From positions 128,001 to 192,000 of the forward strand of contig CAVXGR010000021.1 of the NCBI GenBank assembly GCA_963761335.1: a DNA stretch of 64,000 nucleotides, in the 5' to 3' direction. Position 1 is the stretch's first letter. Each line of letters starts with the position of its first letter. The translations under genes and the position numbers were made by a program. The DNA is from an uncultured delta proteobacterium (GTDB lineage: Bacteria; Desulfobacterota; Binatia; HRBIN30; BPIQ01). Below the pieces are notes generated by a model. It ran no database searches. It was given only the letters and a program-made list of their open reading frames with translations, and was not told the origin of the DNA. Of the stretch, positions 60,867-64,000 are shown piece by piece.

Positions 60867-61035
60867 GAAGAAAGAACGAAGAGGAAACGGAAGAGAAAAG
60901 AGGGCTCACGCAACGGCGCTAGGCCGCAACATTCACTTCTCTAAGATTCCAACGTCGCGCCGTGGCGCCGTTGCGTGAGGCACAACAACCAACAACCTAA
61001 CAACCAACGACCTTCTTCCCCCCCAACACCCCGTC

Positions 61036-62154
61036 TCATCCCCGCCGCGGCAGCTCCGCCTCCGCCTTCGCGGTGGCAGTGACCTCGTCGCGGTGGTTGA
61101 CGCACTCGATCTGGCAGCGGACGTAGCCGACGCCGTTCTTCTCGAACTTGTCGGTGACCTCGCCGCGGCACCAGGTGACGTCGCCCATGTAGTTGAACTT
61201 CCGGTACTGCACGTCGATCATGCGCAGGAAGCCGTTGTCGCCGATCCAGTTGGTCATCAAGTGGATGAGCCACGAGCAGCGCTCGGGGCCGAGGTCGTAG
61301 GCGCCGGGCAGGCCGAGGAGGCGCTGGGTGAAGGCATTGTCCCAGTGGACTCGCTGCGGCGGTTCGGGAACGCCCTGCTCGTTGGGAATCATCAGCGCCG
61401 GGTGCTTGGCGTAGAGGTTGGCGGCGACCTGGTTGCCGACCAGATAGATGCCGAAGTACGACTCGAAGGCGATCTCCGCCGTCGGCGTCAGCGGCCCCTT
61501 GATGATGCGCTCGAGCTGGTCGCCGACCTTGACGTCGTCCCAGTAGCGCTCGACCGTGCGCTTCTCGTGGCGGTACTCCTCCATGAAGCGCTCGATGTCG
61601 GCCGGCGTCCACTGCGCCAGGGTGATCTCCCCGTACTTCTTCTTCTCGCGCGTCTTGGCGCGCTCGATGCGAATCCAGGTGTCGTTGCGCACGCCGATCT
61701 TCTGGTTGCCGGCGTCGTAGTAGACCGCCTCGTAGGTCTGGTAGAGGGAACGGCCGCCGCCGAAGGTGCTGTCGCGCTCGACGATCTCCTTCAGATAGGA
61801 GTCGGCGCGGATGCGGTCGTCGACCTTCACGGGGCGCTCCCACTCGTAGCGCGAGCCGGTCCAGATCGAGTGCACCCCGGGCAACCCCTCGGGCAGGCCG
61901 CTCGAGCCGACGGCGCGCAGGGTGTCCATCGTCTGCACGATGATCGGCGGCGCGATCAGGGTCTTCCAGCGGGTCTTCCCGGCGTACTCCTCGTCGAGAT
62001 AGAGCGGGCTCAGGTCGCCGATGGCCAGCGCCAGGTGATAGATCGCGTCGCGGGTCGCCTCGGTGCGCCACGGGCGGCGTCCGCTGAACCCCTTGCCGAT
62101 GCGCTCGCGCAGCTTGGCGATTCCCTCGTCAGTGATCTTTCCGGTCTCAGACAT
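61036..62154 (-). CDS. Double hot-dog MaoC-like (R)-hydratase/dehydratase
   Basis: IGDLSPLYLDEEYA, IAPP, YWDDVKVGD, RVHWD, NWIGDNG. Confidence 0.85.
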   Translation of the reverse strand: MSETGKITDEGIAKLRERIGKGFSGRRPWRTEATRDAIYHLALAIGDLSPLYLDEEYAGKTRWKTLIAPPIIVQTMDTLRAVGSSGLPEGLPGVHSIWTGSRYEWERPVKVDDRIRADSYLKEIVERDSTFGGGRSLYQTYEAVYYDAGNQKIGVRNDTWIRIERAKTREKKKYGEITLAQWTPADIERFMEEYRHEKRTVERYWDDVKVGDQLERIIKGPLTPTAEIAFESYFGIYLVGNQVAANLYAKHPALMIPNEQGVPEPPQRVHWDNAFTQRLLGLPGAYDLGPERCSWLIHLMTNWIGDNGFLRMIDVQYRKFNYMGDVTWCRGEVTDKFEKNGVGYVRCQIECVNHRDEVTATAKAEAELPRRG

Positions 62155-62194
62155 GTGCTTCTCCTCGTGCTCGAACGTGGATGGATGCGGCGGC

Positions 62195-62896
62195 TCACTT
62201 GCCGCGGCGCTTGGGAGGGGCCGGGGCAGTGGCCTGCGGTCCCAGCAGCCGGTAGAGCGCCTTCTCGAGAAACTGCCGCTGCGCCGCCAGTGCCCGCGCC
62301 GACATCGGTCCGCCCGGCCACGAGGCGAGCGACTGCAGCGCCGCGGCGTTGGTGAAATAGGCGAACACCATGCCGAAGAGACCCAGCGCCAGGTGCGGCA
62401 GCTCCTGCGCTTCCCAGCCGGCGTTGTCGGCGGTCGCCTGGATCACCGCCAGCCCCTGGCGGTAGAGCGGGCTCAGCCATCGGGCCATCAGCGCCTGGAT
62501 GTTGCCGCTCTCCTCGAGGAGAGCGCGCTGCAGCAGCCGCGCCAGGTGCGGGTGGGTCGCCAGGTGGTCGATCAGGCGGTCGACCGTCTCGCGCATCTGC
62601 TCCGGGCGCAGCGCTCCGGGATGCCAGGCCTCGGCGATGATCTCGACGATCGGCCGCAGGCCGCGCTCGAGGACGGCGTCGTAGAGCGCCTGCTTGCTGG
62701 GGAAGTGGTTGTAGAGGCTCGGCGCCGTCAGGTTCATCTCGCGCGCCAGATCGCGCACGGCGACGCCGTCGACGCCGCGCGCCGCAAACATCTGCTCGGC
62801 GGTGTCGAGGATCACCTCGCGGGTCGGCAGCGCCGGCTCGGCCGAGGCCTGCCGCCGCCCGCCGCGTGCCCGCGCCGTCGCCGTCTTCGTCGCCAC
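62195..62896 (-). CDS. TetR-family regulator
   Basis: ILDTAEQMFA, APSLYNHFPSKQALY. Confidence 0.93.
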   Translation of the reverse strand: MATKTATARARGGRRQASAEPALPTREVILDTAEQMFAARGVDGVAVRDLAREMNLTAPSLYNHFPSKQALYDAVLERGLRPIVEIIAEAWHPGALRPEQMRETVDRLIDHLATHPHLARLLQRALLEESGNIQALMARWLSPLYRQGLAVIQATADNAGWEAQELPHLALGLFGMVFAYFTNAAALQSLASWPGGPMSARALAAQRQFLEKALYRLLGPQATAPAPPKRRGK

Positions 62897-62902
62897 GCGC
62901 GC

Positions 62903-62931
62903 TAGGTATCTAACGAACGTTCGTTAGTCAA
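62903..62931 (-). promoter_or_regulatory. TetR promoter with perfect 18-bp operator CTAACGAACGTTCGTTAG
   Basis: Palindrome at 62910-62927 inside TTGACT-17-TACCTA, 6 nt before the GTG. Confidence 0.8.
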
Positions 62932-62938
62932 GCTGGCA

Positions 62939-63042
62939 CTGGGAGCGCGGCAGGGGACAGGCTGCTTTTGCGCCCCCTGAGGTTGCCTTGGGGCAGCGCC
63001 TCGCCGCCGCAAAAGTTGACTGTCCCCTGCCGGCGCTCCCAG
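62939..63042. repeat. GGGGACAGGC-family inverted repeat
   Basis: ctgggagcgcggcaggggacagg... / ...ctgtcccctgccggcgctcccag; same family as 63-137. Confidence 0.8.
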
Positions 63043-63085
63043 GGGGTTGCGGCTTCCATGGAGCGGGTGGCATTGCTGAGACGCC

Positions 63086-64000
63086 ATGGTCGAGTTCAGC
63101 CCCTACTCGTACGAGATCCACGAGGATCCGTTCCCCACCTACCGCGAGCTGCGCCGCCAGGCGCCCGTGTACCGCAACGACGATCTCGGCTTCTGGGCCC
63201 TGTCGCGCTACGAGGACGTGATCGCGGCCTTCAAGGACCCGCTCACCTTCTCCAACGCGCAAGGCGTGTCGCTGGAGCGCTCGAGCTCCGGTGACGCCAC
63301 CGCGGTGGCCTCCTTCCTGGCCATGGATCCGCCGCGTCACGATCACATGCGCGGCCTGGTCTCACGCGGCTTCACGCCGCGGCGGGTCGCCGACCTGGAG
63401 CCGCGCGTGCGCCAGCTGACGGCGCAATACATCGATCAGTTCGCCCAGCGCGGGCGCTGTGACTTCATCCAGGACTTCGCCGGCAAGCTGCCGATGGACG
63501 TGGTCAGCGAGCTGCTCGGCGTTCCGGCGGCGGATCGCGACGAGCTCCGCGGCTGGGCGGACGCGGTGATGGAGCGCGAGGAGGGAAACGCGGAGGTCCC
63601 GGCGGCCGGGATCGCGGCGACCCGCCGGCTGCTGGGCTACTTCGGAGAGCTGGTGGCGCGCCGCCGGGTCGCGCCGGGCGCCGACCTGGCGAGCGCCCTT
63701 CTCGACGCCGAGGTCGACGGCGCCCGCCTGAGCGACCGCGAGATCATGGCCTTTCTCTTCCTCATGATCATCGCCGGCAACGAGACGACCACCAAGCTGC
63801 TCGGCAACGCGCTCTACTGGATCTGGAAGAACCCGGGAGAACGGGAGCGGCTGCAGCGCCAGCCGGAGTTGATCCCCAACTGGATCGAGGAGACGCTGCG
63901 CTACGACGGCTCGACGCAGATGCTGGCGCGCACGCTGACCCGCGACCTGGATCTGCACGGCGCCCGACTGCGCGAAGGCGACAAGGTTCTCATCCTCATC
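63086..64000 (+). CDS. Cytochrome P450 (runs off the window end; absent from the ORF track)
   Basis: MVEFSPYSYEIHEDPFPTYRELR, MDPPRH, IIAGNETT, EETLRY. Confidence 0.93.
   Translation, partial: MVEFSPYSYEIHEDPFPTYRELRRQAPVYRNDDLGFWALSRYEDVIAAFKDPLTFSNAQGVSLERSSSGDATAVASFLAMDPPRHDHMRGLVSRGFTPRRVADLEPRVRQLTAQYIDQFAQRGRCDFIQDFAGKLPMDVVSELLGVPAADRDELRGWADAVMEREEGNAEVPAAGIAATRRLLGYFGELVARRRVAPGADLASALLDAEVDGARLSDREIMAFLFLMIIAGNETTTKLLGNALYWIWKNPGERERLQRQPELIPNWIEETLRYDGSTQMLARTLTRDLDLHGARLREGDKVLILI

Noticed and set aside
1..64000. tRNA, rRNA, integrase, transposase or prophage genes
   Set aside because: None recognised by eye; tRNAscan-SE, Infernal and HMM searches would be needed to exclude divergent ones

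Overview
High-GC bacterial chromosome segment. The dockerin-like, Pro/Thr-linker and Cys-rich secreted proteins together with an actinobacteria-like lipid/steroid catabolic gene set suggest a Binatia/Myxococcota-like organism (inference only). It contains about 40 genes: two cytochromes P450, a BbsEF-like CoA-transferase pair divergent from two PaaK-like ligases, a VapBC-type toxin-antitoxin pair, a sterol-desaturase-family gene, two class III nucleotide-cyclase genes, an F420-type LLM oxidoreductase, a Tat multicopper oxidase, an hsaA/hsaC-like plus amidohydrolase operon, three tandem FGE-sulfatase/Mtd-like C-type-lectin genes, two PhyH dioxygenases, glycogen phosphorylase, two large secreted modular proteins, a GT-C plus acyltransferase-SGNH pair, a FadD19-like ligase, an RND pump, an acyl-CoA dehydrogenase, an AurF-like diiron protein and several regulators. 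Intergenic space holds several families of palindromic REP/MITE-like elements, including a 120-bp TIR-bounded element carrying a GTAG-REP doublet in two copies. About 10-33 kb is patchily frameshifted and garbled, most likely from sequencing or assembly error. No rRNA, tRNA, CRISPR array, transposase or reverse transcriptase was recognised. The best leads are the tandem lectin array with divergent C-termini, the REP/MITE hybrid, several enzymes with substituted catalytic residues, and an hsaAC-like operon with a putative decarboxylase.
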